Assembly: GCA_039927395.1 (NCBI GenBank)
Contig: JBDSUZ010000296.1
Span: 1 to 45,193 of the forward strand
Length of the DNA stretch: 45,193 nt
Direction of reading: 5' to 3'
DNA from: Saprospiraceae bacterium
GTDB lineage: Bacteria; Bacteroidota; Bacteroidia; Chitinophagales; Saprospiraceae
Both the position numbers and the translations under genes were made by a program. Numbering within the stretch: position 1 is the stretch's first letter; every line of letters begins with the position of its first letter. Positions 18,719 through 28,325 of this stretch are shown here, piece by piece. The notes beneath the pieces are model-generated. The model did no database searches and was not told the DNA's origin. It worked only from the letters and a program-made list of their open reading frames with translations.

Positions 18719-20749
18719 ATGGCATTTCAGTTAAATTCTCATTACAAACCAACGGGTGATCAACCACAGGCGATCCGCAAAATAGTTGATGGCCTAAACA
18801 GTGGAGCGCCAGCCCAAGTGCTATTGGGAGTGACAGGCTCAGGTAAGACATTTACTGTAGCTAATGTGATCACCCAGGTCAACAGACCAACACTTGTGTT
18901 GACGCACAACAAGACCTTAACTGCACAGCTCTATGGCGAATTCAAGGAATTTTTTCCCGACAATGCCGTAGAGTACTTTGTATCGTACTATGATTATTAT
19001 CAGCCTGAAGCCTACATTTCATCCTCAGATACTTTCATAGAGAAAGATCTACAGATCAACGAAGAGGTCGACAAATTGAGGTTGAGAGCAACATCTTCTC
19101 TGCTATCTGGAAGAAGGGATATCATCTTGGTGGCTTCCGTGTCCTGCATTTATGGAATGGGAAATCCTGAAGACTACAAGAAAGGAATCATCAGGATTCA
19201 GAAGGGTCAAATCATTTCGAGAAATATATTTCTCTACAAACTTGTGGAGTCACTGTATTCAAGGACAGAGATACATTTTGGCCGGGCAACCTTTAGAGTT
19301 AGAGGAGATACGGTGGATATTAATTTGCCTTATGTCGATTTTGGCTACAGGTTGACATTCTTTGGTGACGAAATTGAGACCATTGATATTATCGAGACAG
19401 AATCTGGTAAAAGGGTCGAAAGTCTCGAGCATGCTGCAATATTTCCTGCAAATCTCTATATAGCCCCTAGAGATAGAATTCATGAGATCATTCGCGAGAT
19501 CGAACAGGAGATGTGGGACCAAGAGAAATTCTTTGAGTCTGAAGGTCGATTGATGGAGGCGCGAAGAATAAGAGAGCGGACCAATTTTGATTTGGAAATG
19601 TTGCGCGAATTGGGCTACTGCAATGGGGTAGAAAACTATTCCCGTTTCTTCGACGGTCGTCATCCCGGCACACGTCCATTCTGTCTACTCGATTATTTCC
19701 CTGATGATTATCTTATGGTCATCGATGAAAGCCATGTGACGATACCTCAGCTACGTGGAATGTGGGGCGGTGATAGAGCCAGAAAACTGAATCTAGTCAA
19801 CTATGGCTTCCGACTACCATCGGCAATTGACAACCGTCCACTGAACTTCAATGAATTTGAAGAACAGATACATCAAGTCATCTATGTTAGCGCTACTCCA
19901 TCTGATTTTGAGCTGCAGCAAACTGAAGGGGAAGTAGTCGAACAGATTGTTCGTCCAACAGGATTACTAGATCCGCCGATCGAAGTGCGTTCATCCGTTA
20001 ACCAGATCGATGATTTGCTTGCGGAAACTGCGAATAGAGTCAAACTTGGTGAAAGAGTGCTGGTCACTACGCTAACCAAAAGAATGGCTGAAGAATTGGC
20101 AGCTTATTTTACGCGTCTCAATATCAATTGTCGTTATATACACTCTGAGATCGATACGATGGAACGAGTGGAGATTCTAAGAGACCTGCGTATTGGCGTG
20201 TTTGACGTATTGATCGGGGTCAATCTCTTGAGAGAAGGGCTTGATCTACCTGAAGTCTCCTTAGTTGCCATCATTGATGCGGACAAGGAAGGTTTCTTGC
20301 GCAATGCACGGTCCTTAACACAGACGGCAGGTCGGGCCGCAAGGAATTCGAACGGATTGGTAATCTTTTATGCCGACAAGGTTACCGACTCTATGCAACG
20401 GACTATCGATGAGACTAAGAGGAGAAGGGCGATACAGATGGAGTACAATGAAGAAAATGGTATCACCCCAACCACAATCACCAGAACGAAGGAAGAGATC
20501 ATGAATCAGAGTTCGATACTCGATGTAAGAGGCTCGCGGCCGACACAAGTATATATTGAACCAGATACTCTTGATCTAGCTGCTGACCCATTGATGCAAT
20601 ACCTCAACCGCGATCAATTGGAAAAAATGATGATGGAGACTGAGCGCAAGATGAAACTTGCGGCCAAAGACCTCGATTTCTTGTCGGCTGCCCAGTATCG
20701 TGATGAAATGCAGGCAATCAAAAAGAAAATCCAAGCGGCCTTACCTTAA
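18719..20749 (+). CDS. uvrB: excinuclease ABC subunit B
   Basis: Walker A GVTGSGKTF, the beta-hairpin region YYDYYQPEAY, helicase motifs and a C-terminal UVR domain (AAQYRDEMQAIKKK). Confidence 0.95.
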   Translation: MAFQLNSHYKPTGDQPQAIRKIVDGLNSGAPAQVLLGVTGSGKTFTVANVITQVNRPTLVLTHNKTLTAQLYGEFKEFFPDNAVEYFVSYYDYYQPEAYISSSDTFIEKDLQINEEVDKLRLRATSSLLSGRRDIILVASVSCIYGMGNPEDYKKGIIRIQKGQIISRNIFLYKLVESLYSRTEIHFGRATFRVRGDTVDINLPYVDFGYRLTFFGDEIETIDIIETESGKRVESLEHAAIFPANLYIAPRDRIHEIIREIEQEMWDQEKFFESEGRLMEARRIRERTNFDLEMLRELGYCNGVENYSRFFDGRHPGTRPFCLLDYFPDDYLMVIDESHVTIPQLRGMWGGDRARKLNLVNYGFRLPSAIDNRPLNFNEFEEQIHQVIYVSATPSDFELQQTEGEVVEQIVRPTGLLDPPIEVRSSVNQIDDLLAETANRVKLGERVLVTTLTKRMAEELAAYFTRLNINCRYIHSEIDTMERVEILRDLRIGVFDVLIGVNLLREGLDLPEVSLVAIIDADKEGFLRNARSLTQTAGRAARNSNGLVIFYADKVTDSMQRTIDETKRRRAIQMEYNEENGITPTTITRTKEEIMNQSSILDVRGSRPTQVYIEPDTLDLAADPLMQYLNRDQLEKMMMETERKMKLAAKDLDFLSAAQYRDEMQAIKKKIQAALP

Positions 20750-20818
20750 TGACAAACTGCCTCTATTGCCTTCGAAATAGGATTGGGGCCTGATTGCTTT
20801 TTAGAAATTTGACAAAAA

Positions 20819-23329
20819 CTACCTTTTTTGAAAAATTACTGGGCTCTGTTTGCTGTTGTAAAAATCAATCCAATAAAATCCTGGACTTAAAAAATCGATC
20901 TTAATCTTCAATGGCTCTTTGCTTGAAGTCGCCCCAAAGCCAGCACTTTTGACGGAATCGATCATACGCTGACCATAGACATTGAATACAGTGAAATCCA
21001 AAGCTTCTTGACTTTCACCTCTTTGAATATAGAGTTCATCATTAGCTGGATTTGGATAAACTTGAATTTCAGATCTCTCTGAAGCCAAAAATACAATCTT
21101 CGATAATGCATCAGTTCCATCTTGATCGACCATCCGTAGTCTATAATACCATGCCTTCTGGCCTGAATTAATATCTAGGAATTCATAGGAAGCGGCAGTG
21201 GAAGTCCCTTTTGGAGCAATCCTGTCAATAACTTGGAAATTGACTGCGTCACTGGATCTTTCCAATTCATATTGGAAAAAATTGACCTCAGAGGCTGATT
21301 CCCAATGCAGCAAATTGCCATTTTTAGTGCTCCTGCCTTCAAATACCGTCAACTTAACAGGCAGCGGGTCAAAGAGGACAGTCGAATTGAAATCATTGAT
21401 ATCAAAGAACACGTTGCCCTCAGCCTTGATCTTGAACCTTGCTTGTGTGGTGGCGAAATTTGGTATGACGACATCCTCTGTGCCGTCATTTGCAGTGTTG
21501 ACAACCACAACATATGGAAATGTCTGCCCACCATCGATCGACATCAAGATATCGACCTGAACACAACTGACTGGGGCCAGATTTGAACTGTTAACCGACC
21601 AGTTGAAGGTTTGAGTAGATCCGCCTGCCAGTATTAGTCCCGCCGTATTAGGAGTTGTCAATTGAAATGGCCCAGCTATATTACTAACTGTAACAGTCAT
21701 ATTTGCTTCATGAGTTCTTCCGCCTGTAACGACATTATCTCTTGCCGTTACCCGGAAATTCAATGTCCTTCCTACTGATGGTAATACTTCCCAGGTATTT
21801 GTATTTGTTCCGTTGAGTATTGAAGCCAATATTGGGAAGGAACGAGTAGGCTGAGACAATTGAGGGCTCAGCGATCTGAAATTCGGCCCTCCTGTACTTG
21901 TAGATACCGGTGGCATAGTTGCAAGCTCATTGTTCATTTGCTCCCAACAATAATAAATAGGATCACCATTGGGATCTGTTCCCGAAGCTGTTAGTTCAAA
22001 TGGAGTTGATTTTGGAATTGTGCGATTGCCGCCAGGAATGGTTACTACAGGAGCTCCATTTGACATGACAGTTTGTGTGCCACAATTATTTCCAAAGCCA
22101 CCTGTTATAAATGTTGCCGTTTCAGCTAGGCTTTTCGCATGAAAATATGCGTCCGAATGGTTTTGAATGTCCGGTGGACAAATGCCGGCATACCCCATAA
22201 TAGTGGTGCCACTTCCTGGCTCAAATGCAGTGCTATCTGTCCTATTTGCACTACAAGAGTTATTAAACGTATGATTCTCTGCCAATTGATGACCCATTTC
22301 ATGTGCGACATAATCGATATCAAAAGGATCACCGACGGGAAGACTTGTTCCGGTAACGCCCTTTGCTTTTTGGTTGTTTCGACAAACACATCCCAAATTG
22401 GCCACGCCTCCACCATTAGTGCTGTATACATGCCCAAAATCATAATTTGCTGAACCAATTACGCTCGTTAAATTAGTCTGATTTTGGCCGAGCATCGCAC
22501 TACCATTATTGTTTGTATATGGATCCAAAGTGTCTGTGTACACTATAAGATTGTTATTTGAAATTATTTGTAGAACAATCGCAAAATCCTTGGTCATAAC
22601 GCCACTGACACGATTGTTGCTAGTATTGATAGCTGATAATGCTAAAGCGACGGTGCCGCCCTGAAATATAGTATACTCTCCAGTAGCGGCGATTGCTGTG
22701 CGGTAAGTCCGCAATATATTGTCAGAAACTCTCCCTTTCAGATACTCGCCATGTGGATATTCGTCCGGCAGTTCCTGATTCTCAAAACTACATTGAAATA
22801 CTTTATCGGTGATAAAATCGGCCTTGCGGTAGACAATATAGTAGAGGGAATTTAGGTGAATGTACGGGTCGATGAAAACAGTACCAAAGCGCACAGATGA
22901 TATCATCGCATGAAATCCTTGGTATGTCACATCAACCACTCCTGTGATGTTATGATCGCTTTTGCTTCTGATGATTCCGTTTGAGATCAAAGGATATTTT
23001 ACCATCAAATCGGGATGCATCGTATGGCGAAGCATCATCTCGAATGGCATGATATGCCCATCGGGCATCGGTACTTCTATCGTGATGGAATTGGACCAAT
23101 CGTTCTGTCCTAACTTTTCAATTGGAGCCTTATCAAACAAGTCGCGAACAGGCAATAAATTAAGCTGATAGAGCTTAAAGCTCGACGCGCGAATTAGTAG
23201 CGAGCCTTCTGGGACTGCAATATCTTCCTGAACCATAGGCTGCCAATACGACTGGCAGACTGCTATATAGGGAGAGCTTGCGAAAAGAAAGACTAGGAGG
23301 CCAAAGCCCCAATTAGCGCACAATTTCAT
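20819..23329 (-). CDS. reprolysin-like (M12B-type) zinc metalloprotease with T9SS C-terminal sorting domain
   Basis: The ATG at 23329 gives a signal peptide. Zinc motif HEMGHQLAENH. C-terminal VYPNPANDELYI...FYWIDF Por-secretion tail. Confidence 0.8.
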   Translation of the reverse strand: MKLCANWGFGLLVFLFASSPYIAVCQSYWQPMVQEDIAVPEGSLLIRASSFKLYQLNLLPVRDLFDKAPIEKLGQNDWSNSITIEVPMPDGHIMPFEMMLRHTMHPDLMVKYPLISNGIIRSKSDHNITGVVDVTYQGFHAMISSVRFGTVFIDPYIHLNSLYYIVYRKADFITDKVFQCSFENQELPDEYPHGEYLKGRVSDNILRTYRTAIAATGEYTIFQGGTVALALSAINTSNNRVSGVMTKDFAIVLQIISNNNLIVYTDTLDPYTNNNGSAMLGQNQTNLTSVIGSANYDFGHVYSTNGGGVANLGCVCRNNQKAKGVTGTSLPVGDPFDIDYVAHEMGHQLAENHTFNNSCSANRTDSTAFEPGSGTTIMGYAGICPPDIQNHSDAYFHAKSLAETATFITGGFGNNCGTQTVMSNGAPVVTIPGGNRTIPKSTPFELTASGTDPNGDPIYYCWEQMNNELATMPPVSTSTGGPNFRSLSPQLSQPTRSFPILASILNGTNTNTWEVLPSVGRTLNFRVTARDNVVTGGRTHEANMTVTVSNIAGPFQLTTPNTAGLILAGGSTQTFNWSVNSSNLAPVSCVQVDILMSIDGGQTFPYVVVVNTANDGTEDVVIPNFATTQARFKIKAEGNVFFDINDFNSTVLFDPLPVKLTVFEGRSTKNGNLLHWESASEVNFFQYELERSSDAVNFQVIDRIAPKGTSTAASYEFLDINSGQKAWYYRLRMVDQDGTDALSKIVFLASERSEIQVYPNPANDELYIQRGESQEALDFTVFNVYGQRMIDSVKSAGFGATSSKEPLKIKIDFLSPGFYWIDFYNSKQSPVIFQKR

Positions 23330-23431
23330 TCTACAAAAACATTTAATTAATAGGGGTAATGCAAAATTACAAAAATATTGCAAATCCTGAATCACAGCTT
23401 ACGTAGAAGTCATCATCATAGAAAACGCCTA

Positions 23432-26400
23432 CTAATCCAATTTGACAAAACTTCTGACACGCATCTCTGCGCCCTTCAATTGAATCAAATAAGGGCCTGA
23501 AGGAAGGTACTGAAGGTCAATTAGTGCCTTGTTTTGCGCTTGAATAATTTCAGTTTCTGAAACTAGCCTTCCAGTGAAATCCAGAATATCAATTTGCTGA
23601 ATGCCGTAATTCAGTGGCCACTCCACATAAATAGATGAGAATGCAGGATTTGGATACAGTTTGAGCATCTCGTCTCCTGGTTGATTAGTAGCTGATAATA
23701 CGTCGATCACCAATAGAGCGGTATCACCACAGGAAGGATTGGACATAGCTACTTCGACGAATCCAGCTCCTAGATGAGGCCATTCAACCGAAATGGTAGA
23801 TGTCCCCTGTCCGCTGATAATCTCACCGCCAGAAACTGTCCATACATAGACTGCACTATCGATAGCATTAACTGTATATACAGATACTTCGCCAATCAAA
23901 GGATTGAGAGGTCCGGCCAATTCGATGATTTGGATATCAGGATATTCTAAGATCTGATAGCTTGCTGTGGAAGTACAACCATACAAATTAGTGGCCTGTA
24001 CAACAAATACTCCTCCATTTTCAACAGTGACAAATGAATTCATATTGTCGTCAAAAGCATTGCCATCCATTGTCCATTCATAGGTATTTCCTACTTGGTC
24101 AGGCTCTGTGATGAGCACAGAATTTCCAGTACAAAAAGTAAAGCCTGTAAAACCTGGCGTCAGAACAGGATTCGGATAGACCAACAGTAAATTTGAAGTA
24201 TCAGAGAGTGATGTACTGCAATCGGCATTCGAATGAACAACAGCATATATCTCTACTCCGCTTTGTAGCTGATCAGAATTAAAGAAATCAGAAGTGTCAA
24301 TCTTGAGTTTATCGCCATTGATGATCCACTCAATTACCGGAGCGATACCAGCCTGACCAACATTTGCAATCAGATCAACTACTTGATCCGCGCAGAGGTT
24401 CAATTGATTAACTGTTGCGATCTCAATCGAAGGAATCACAACTGGCTTCTGATGGAAGATCAAAACATTGGAACTAGCCTGACTGGGGCTTGCACATGGT
24501 TGGTTGGAGATCAACACTACTTTAATGCTCTCCAGATCGGTCAAGCCGTTGATTGTAAGCAAATTAGTAGAGTCGTGAATCGTCTGTATGGTATCCTGTC
24601 CATTTTTGATTACTACAAAAGTTGGATTAACTCCTCCATTGGCGCTGTTGACAGCAAGTTGCACACTTGTGCCTTCACAGAAAAATAAGTCTGTGCTCGT
24701 GATATTTATTTGAGGTACTGCGGGAGCGAATACTGGAATGGTGAGCCCAACGGAAGTAACTATTTGCACAGCCACGCATAGTTCATCGCTTGTCATCCGG
24801 CATTTGATCACATCGCCTTGATTTAGATTGCTTATCAACAGGAAATCAATAGTCTCACCTGGAATCACATTGCCATTACGCAGCCACTGAAATGTCGGAT
24901 TGATGCCTCCATTCTGCGGACTAGCTTGAAATAGCACTTCAGTTCCAAAACAGATACCTGCATTAGGTCCTGACACACTTACGGCCGCTGTCAATAAAGG
25001 ACTCACTGCAATATCTTCCTGGTTATCTGTCCCAATTATGACGGGATTGGAAGAAACAACGCGAATGCGATAGTTTGATCCATTCGCGGATACCGGAATA
25101 GTGGCATTGATATTTCCCTGAGTGACGCCAGTAATCGAGCCGATATTGGTCGGGTTGCCAAAATCTCCAAATTTATTGGATAGTTGTGCCGTGAATTTAT
25201 TATTTGCAGCAAAATTGCCGCTTGAAGTAAATGGAACTACAATCGGTTTGCCAGCACAATACTCTAATGGAGAAATAAACAATACAGTGATAGACTGGGG
25301 AGCAAAAATGATCGTGTGATCGAAGTTGGAGACATCGTAGAATATATTTCCCGATCCCTTTACTTTGATTCTCACCGTACTAGAAGGCGTATTAGGAACA
25401 ACAATGTCCTGTGTTCCGTCATTTGGAACATTTAGTGCCAATGTTTGGTCATATGTAAAACCGCCATCTGTCGATAGAAATATATCAACATTGGTAGCGC
25501 TGACAGGTGCCACATTCGAACCGGCTACATTCCACTTGATTTCTTCTGTCTCGCCACCTGTCCACACGATATTTTGCAGGTTGGGTTGAGTCACTACGAA
25601 TGGGCCAGAAGTTGCATTTGTCGTGACATTTGTATTTGCTTCGTTGGTACAGCCGATACCTGGGGCATTATCTCTGACAGTAACCCTGAATGCCATCGTG
25701 CGGGTTACTTTAGGCAATACTTCCCAAGTGGGATTGATATTGCCTAGTACATCGGCGGTGCGGGGAAATGAGCGAGTAGGATTATCGTTTGGGTCAAATG
25801 ATCTGAAATTTGGACCTGCTGTACTTGTGTCCTTTGGAGGCATTGGACGAGTCTGATTATTCATCTGCTCCCAGCAGTAAGTTATAGCGTCGCCATTTGG
25901 ATCTGCACCGACTGCTGTCAGCTCAAATGGAGTCTGCTTCGGGATCGTTCTGTTTGGATTGACAATTGTAACAGTAGGTTTTTGGTTTTGTACCGAGCCA
26001 ATTGTTGCGCAGCCATTTCCACTACCTTGGATAAATGTCATTATTTCGCCCAAGCTGAAGGCATGGTAATATACGTCGCTGTGTTGCTGAACATCCGGAC
26101 TGCAAATCCCGGCATAGCCCATGATAGTAGATGCACTACCAGGCTCATGAGCTGCTTTGTTTACACGATTGCAATCGTTGTTTTGAGTATGATTGCCTCC
26201 AAGTTGATGCCCCATTTCATGTGCCACATAGTCAATATCAAATGGGTCGTTGACTGGAGCTCCAGAACCGGTCACACCTCGAGCTTTGGAGCTACCACAT
26301 GGGCTATTTAAGTTTGCCACTCCACCGCCTCCGGTACTGAATACATGCCCAAAATCATAATTTGCAGTGCCAATAACCGCATTGACATTGGTTTGATTTT

Positions 26401-27226
26401 CGTCAAGCATCGTGCCTCCATTTCCATTTGTATATGGATCAGTTGCACCATTGGTGTAGACGATCAGGTCGTTATTGGCGATCAACTGCAGTCTCACCGC
26501 AAACTCATTTTCCATAACCCCAACCACCCTGTTGACTGATGTATTGATTGCTGACATCGCAAGCGCTTTGGTACCGCCTTGGAAGACAGTATATTCTCCA
26601 GTTGCGGCAACGGCCAAACGATAATTTCTCTGTTTGCAATCGCCCACTCTCAGTTCTGCATCATTGGTTACAGAATGCTGCATTTCTTCAACTGCATCAA
26701 CCCCGCATTGAAAAGTTTTGTCGGAATAAAAATCTCTACGGTAATATACTATGTATTGCTCTTGTTCGTGCTGGATGGCAGGATCGACAAACCAATTGCC
26801 AGCCTTGTCAAAAATCATAGCGTGAAAACCCTGATAAGTCACATCAATTCGTCCATAAAGGCCGGGACTTGATTTAGACTGAACGATGAAGTTTTTAATT
26901 TCGGGAAATTTCCTTTGCAAATCCGGATGCATTAAATCTGTAGCAGCAACCTGAAATTCGACCATTTCGCCTTTTGGATTGGGCAGAAATACGGAAACCG
27001 GGCTTTCGGAAACGCGACTTAGGCTCATTTCATTCGGAGCAGTGCTTAGTAGCTTGCGCAACTGAATGAGATCCAGCTGATAAGTTTGGAAAACGCGAGC
27101 CTTGATTTGAAAATTTGTAGTAGCTGGGTTTGGCTGTTTCTGCCAGTATTTGCTTTGTGCTGAAACTTGGGCAATGCTCAATAAAACCAGGGTACTGATC
27201 CCCATAAACAAACGACTAATATTCAT
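23432..27226 (-). CDS. reprolysin-like zinc metalloprotease, long paralog with extra Ig-like repeats and T9SS C-terminal sorting domain
   Basis: The ATG at 27226 gives MNISRLFMGISTLVLLSIAQVSAQ. Zinc motif HEMGHQLGGNH. C-terminal LYPNPAFSSIYV...GPYLIQL tail. The catalytic region is roughly 70% identical (by eye) to the downstream paralog. Confidence 0.8.
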   Translation of the reverse strand: MNISRLFMGISTLVLLSIAQVSAQSKYWQKQPNPATTNFQIKARVFQTYQLDLIQLRKLLSTAPNEMSLSRVSESPVSVFLPNPKGEMVEFQVAATDLMHPDLQRKFPEIKNFIVQSKSSPGLYGRIDVTYQGFHAMIFDKAGNWFVDPAIQHEQEQYIVYYRRDFYSDKTFQCGVDAVEEMQHSVTNDAELRVGDCKQRNYRLAVAATGEYTVFQGGTKALAMSAINTSVNRVVGVMENEFAVRLQLIANNDLIVYTNGATDPYTNGNGGTMLDENQTNVNAVIGTANYDFGHVFSTGGGGVANLNSPCGSSKARGVTGSGAPVNDPFDIDYVAHEMGHQLGGNHTQNNDCNRVNKAAHEPGSASTIMGYAGICSPDVQQHSDVYYHAFSLGEIMTFIQGSGNGCATIGSVQNQKPTVTIVNPNRTIPKQTPFELTAVGADPNGDAITYCWEQMNNQTRPMPPKDTSTAGPNFRSFDPNDNPTRSFPRTADVLGNINPTWEVLPKVTRTMAFRVTVRDNAPGIGCTNEANTNVTTNATSGPFVVTQPNLQNIVWTGGETEEIKWNVAGSNVAPVSATNVDIFLSTDGGFTYDQTLALNVPNDGTQDIVVPNTPSSTVRIKVKGSGNIFYDVSNFDHTIIFAPQSITVLFISPLEYCAGKPIVVPFTSSGNFAANNKFTAQLSNKFGDFGNPTNIGSITGVTQGNINATIPVSANGSNYRIRVVSSNPVIIGTDNQEDIAVSPLLTAAVSVSGPNAGICFGTEVLFQASPQNGGINPTFQWLRNGNVIPGETIDFLLISNLNQGDVIKCRMTSDELCVAVQIVTSVGLTIPVFAPAVPQINITSTDLFFCEGTSVQLAVNSANGGVNPTFVVIKNGQDTIQTIHDSTNLLTINGLTDLESIKVVLISNQPCASPSQASSNVLIFHQKPVVIPSIEIATVNQLNLCADQVVDLIANVGQAGIAPVIEWIINGDKLKIDTSDFFNSDQLQSGVEIYAVVHSNADCSTSLSDTSNLLLVYPNPVLTPGFTGFTFCTGNSVLITEPDQVGNTYEWTMDGNAFDDNMNSFVTVENGGVFVVQATNLYGCTSTASYQILEYPDIQIIELAGPLNPLIGEVSVYTVNAIDSAVYVWTVSGGEIISGQGTSTISVEWPHLGAGFVEVAMSNPSCGDTALLVIDVLSATNQPGDEMLKLYPNPAFSSIYVEWPLNYGIQQIDILDFTGRLVSETEIIQAQNKALIDLQYLPSGPYLIQLKGAEMRVRSFVKLD

Positions 27227-27366
27227 GCTCCTTTTTTTGCGCTGCAAAGATAAGACAGCAGGCAACAAATATTTAGTTATTACAGCTTTACTTTGAAATA
27301 ATAGTTTAAGTTTTCTTCTTTCCAGGCAATAATATATTGTGAATCAAGTCAAGTGGCAAAAGCAAA

Positions 27367-28281
27367 TTATTTCTTTGCCAACTGTTTTAGAACCGTCAAT
27401 TCACGAAATTTGATCTTTACTTCATCTGCAGGCGAGCCAAAATAGGTCTTGCCGGCTTCGAGATCTTTGCCTACTCCTGATTGAGCCAAAACGGTGACTC
27501 CTTTGCCTATTCGCAGTCTTTGTGCTAGGCCGACCTGCCCGTACAGAACAACATCATCTTCAATAATTGTCTTGCCGCCGATTCCAACTTGCGATGCAAA
27601 GAGGCAATTCTTACCGATAACAACACCGTGCCCCACATGTATCTGACAATCGAGTTTGCTGCCTTCGCCAATTATGGTATCACCTGACACTCCTTTATTT
27701 ATGGTGCAACCTGCACCAATATCTACATTGTCTTCAATAATTACTCTTCCTCCGGAGCGCCATTTTATGTATTTCCCATCCTGTTTTTTATAGTAAAATG
27801 CATCAGTCCCGATCAGCGTTCCTGCTTGAATACATACGTCGTTGCCGATCTGTGTGTATTCTCCCAAATATACATTTGCCTGAATCCAACTGTTAGCTCC
27901 GATACTTACATGATGGCCAATTACAACTCCCGGTTCAATAATTGCTGAAGGATGAATTACGGCCGAAGGGCTAATCTGCGCAGTTAAAGGCAGTAGGGGA
28001 CGCTCCTTCAGCACGAGATCATTGTATACTTCAAATGGCTGATCCACAAGCAGCAAAGTCTTACCCGGAGGACAAGTTGCAACCTTATTGATCAAAACAA
28101 CCGAGGCTTGAGAGTTTATTGATTTTTGGAAATATTTCTCCACATCGACAAATGTGATGTCTCCGAGCTCCACCTTGTTGATTTCATTGATCCCCGTGAT
28201 CATCTGCGATTCATCGCCGATTATCTGAGCATTGTACTCTGATGCAATTGCCTTAATCGTCTTGGGTTCTTTAAATTTCAT
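27367..28281 (-). CDS. lpxD: UDP-3-O-acylglucosamine N-acyltransferase
   Basis: N-terminal LpxD-type domain followed by left-handed beta-helix hexapeptide repeats (IG.N..I...V.IG). Confidence 0.85.
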   Translation of the reverse strand: MKFKEPKTIKAIASEYNAQIIGDESQMITGINEINKVELGDITFVDVEKYFQKSINSQASVVLINKVATCPPGKTLLLVDQPFEVYNDLVLKERPLLPLTAQISPSAVIHPSAIIEPGVVIGHHVSIGANSWIQANVYLGEYTQIGNDVCIQAGTLIGTDAFYYKKQDGKYIKWRSGGRVIIEDNVDIGAGCTINKGVSGDTIIGEGSKLDCQIHVGHGVVIGKNCLFASQVGIGGKTIIEDDVVLYGQVGLAQRLRIGKGVTVLAQSGVGKDLEAGKTYFGSPADEVKIKFRELTVLKQLAKK

Positions 28282-28325
28282 ATTGTAAGGTAATTCTTAA
28301 TTAACATGAACCTACGGAGCTGCGC

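Noticed and set aside
21198-26872. Numerous 60-120-aa plus-strand ORFs inside the two protease genes.
   Set aside because: All are antisense to long, motif-supported coding sequences, and none has a recognisable motif.
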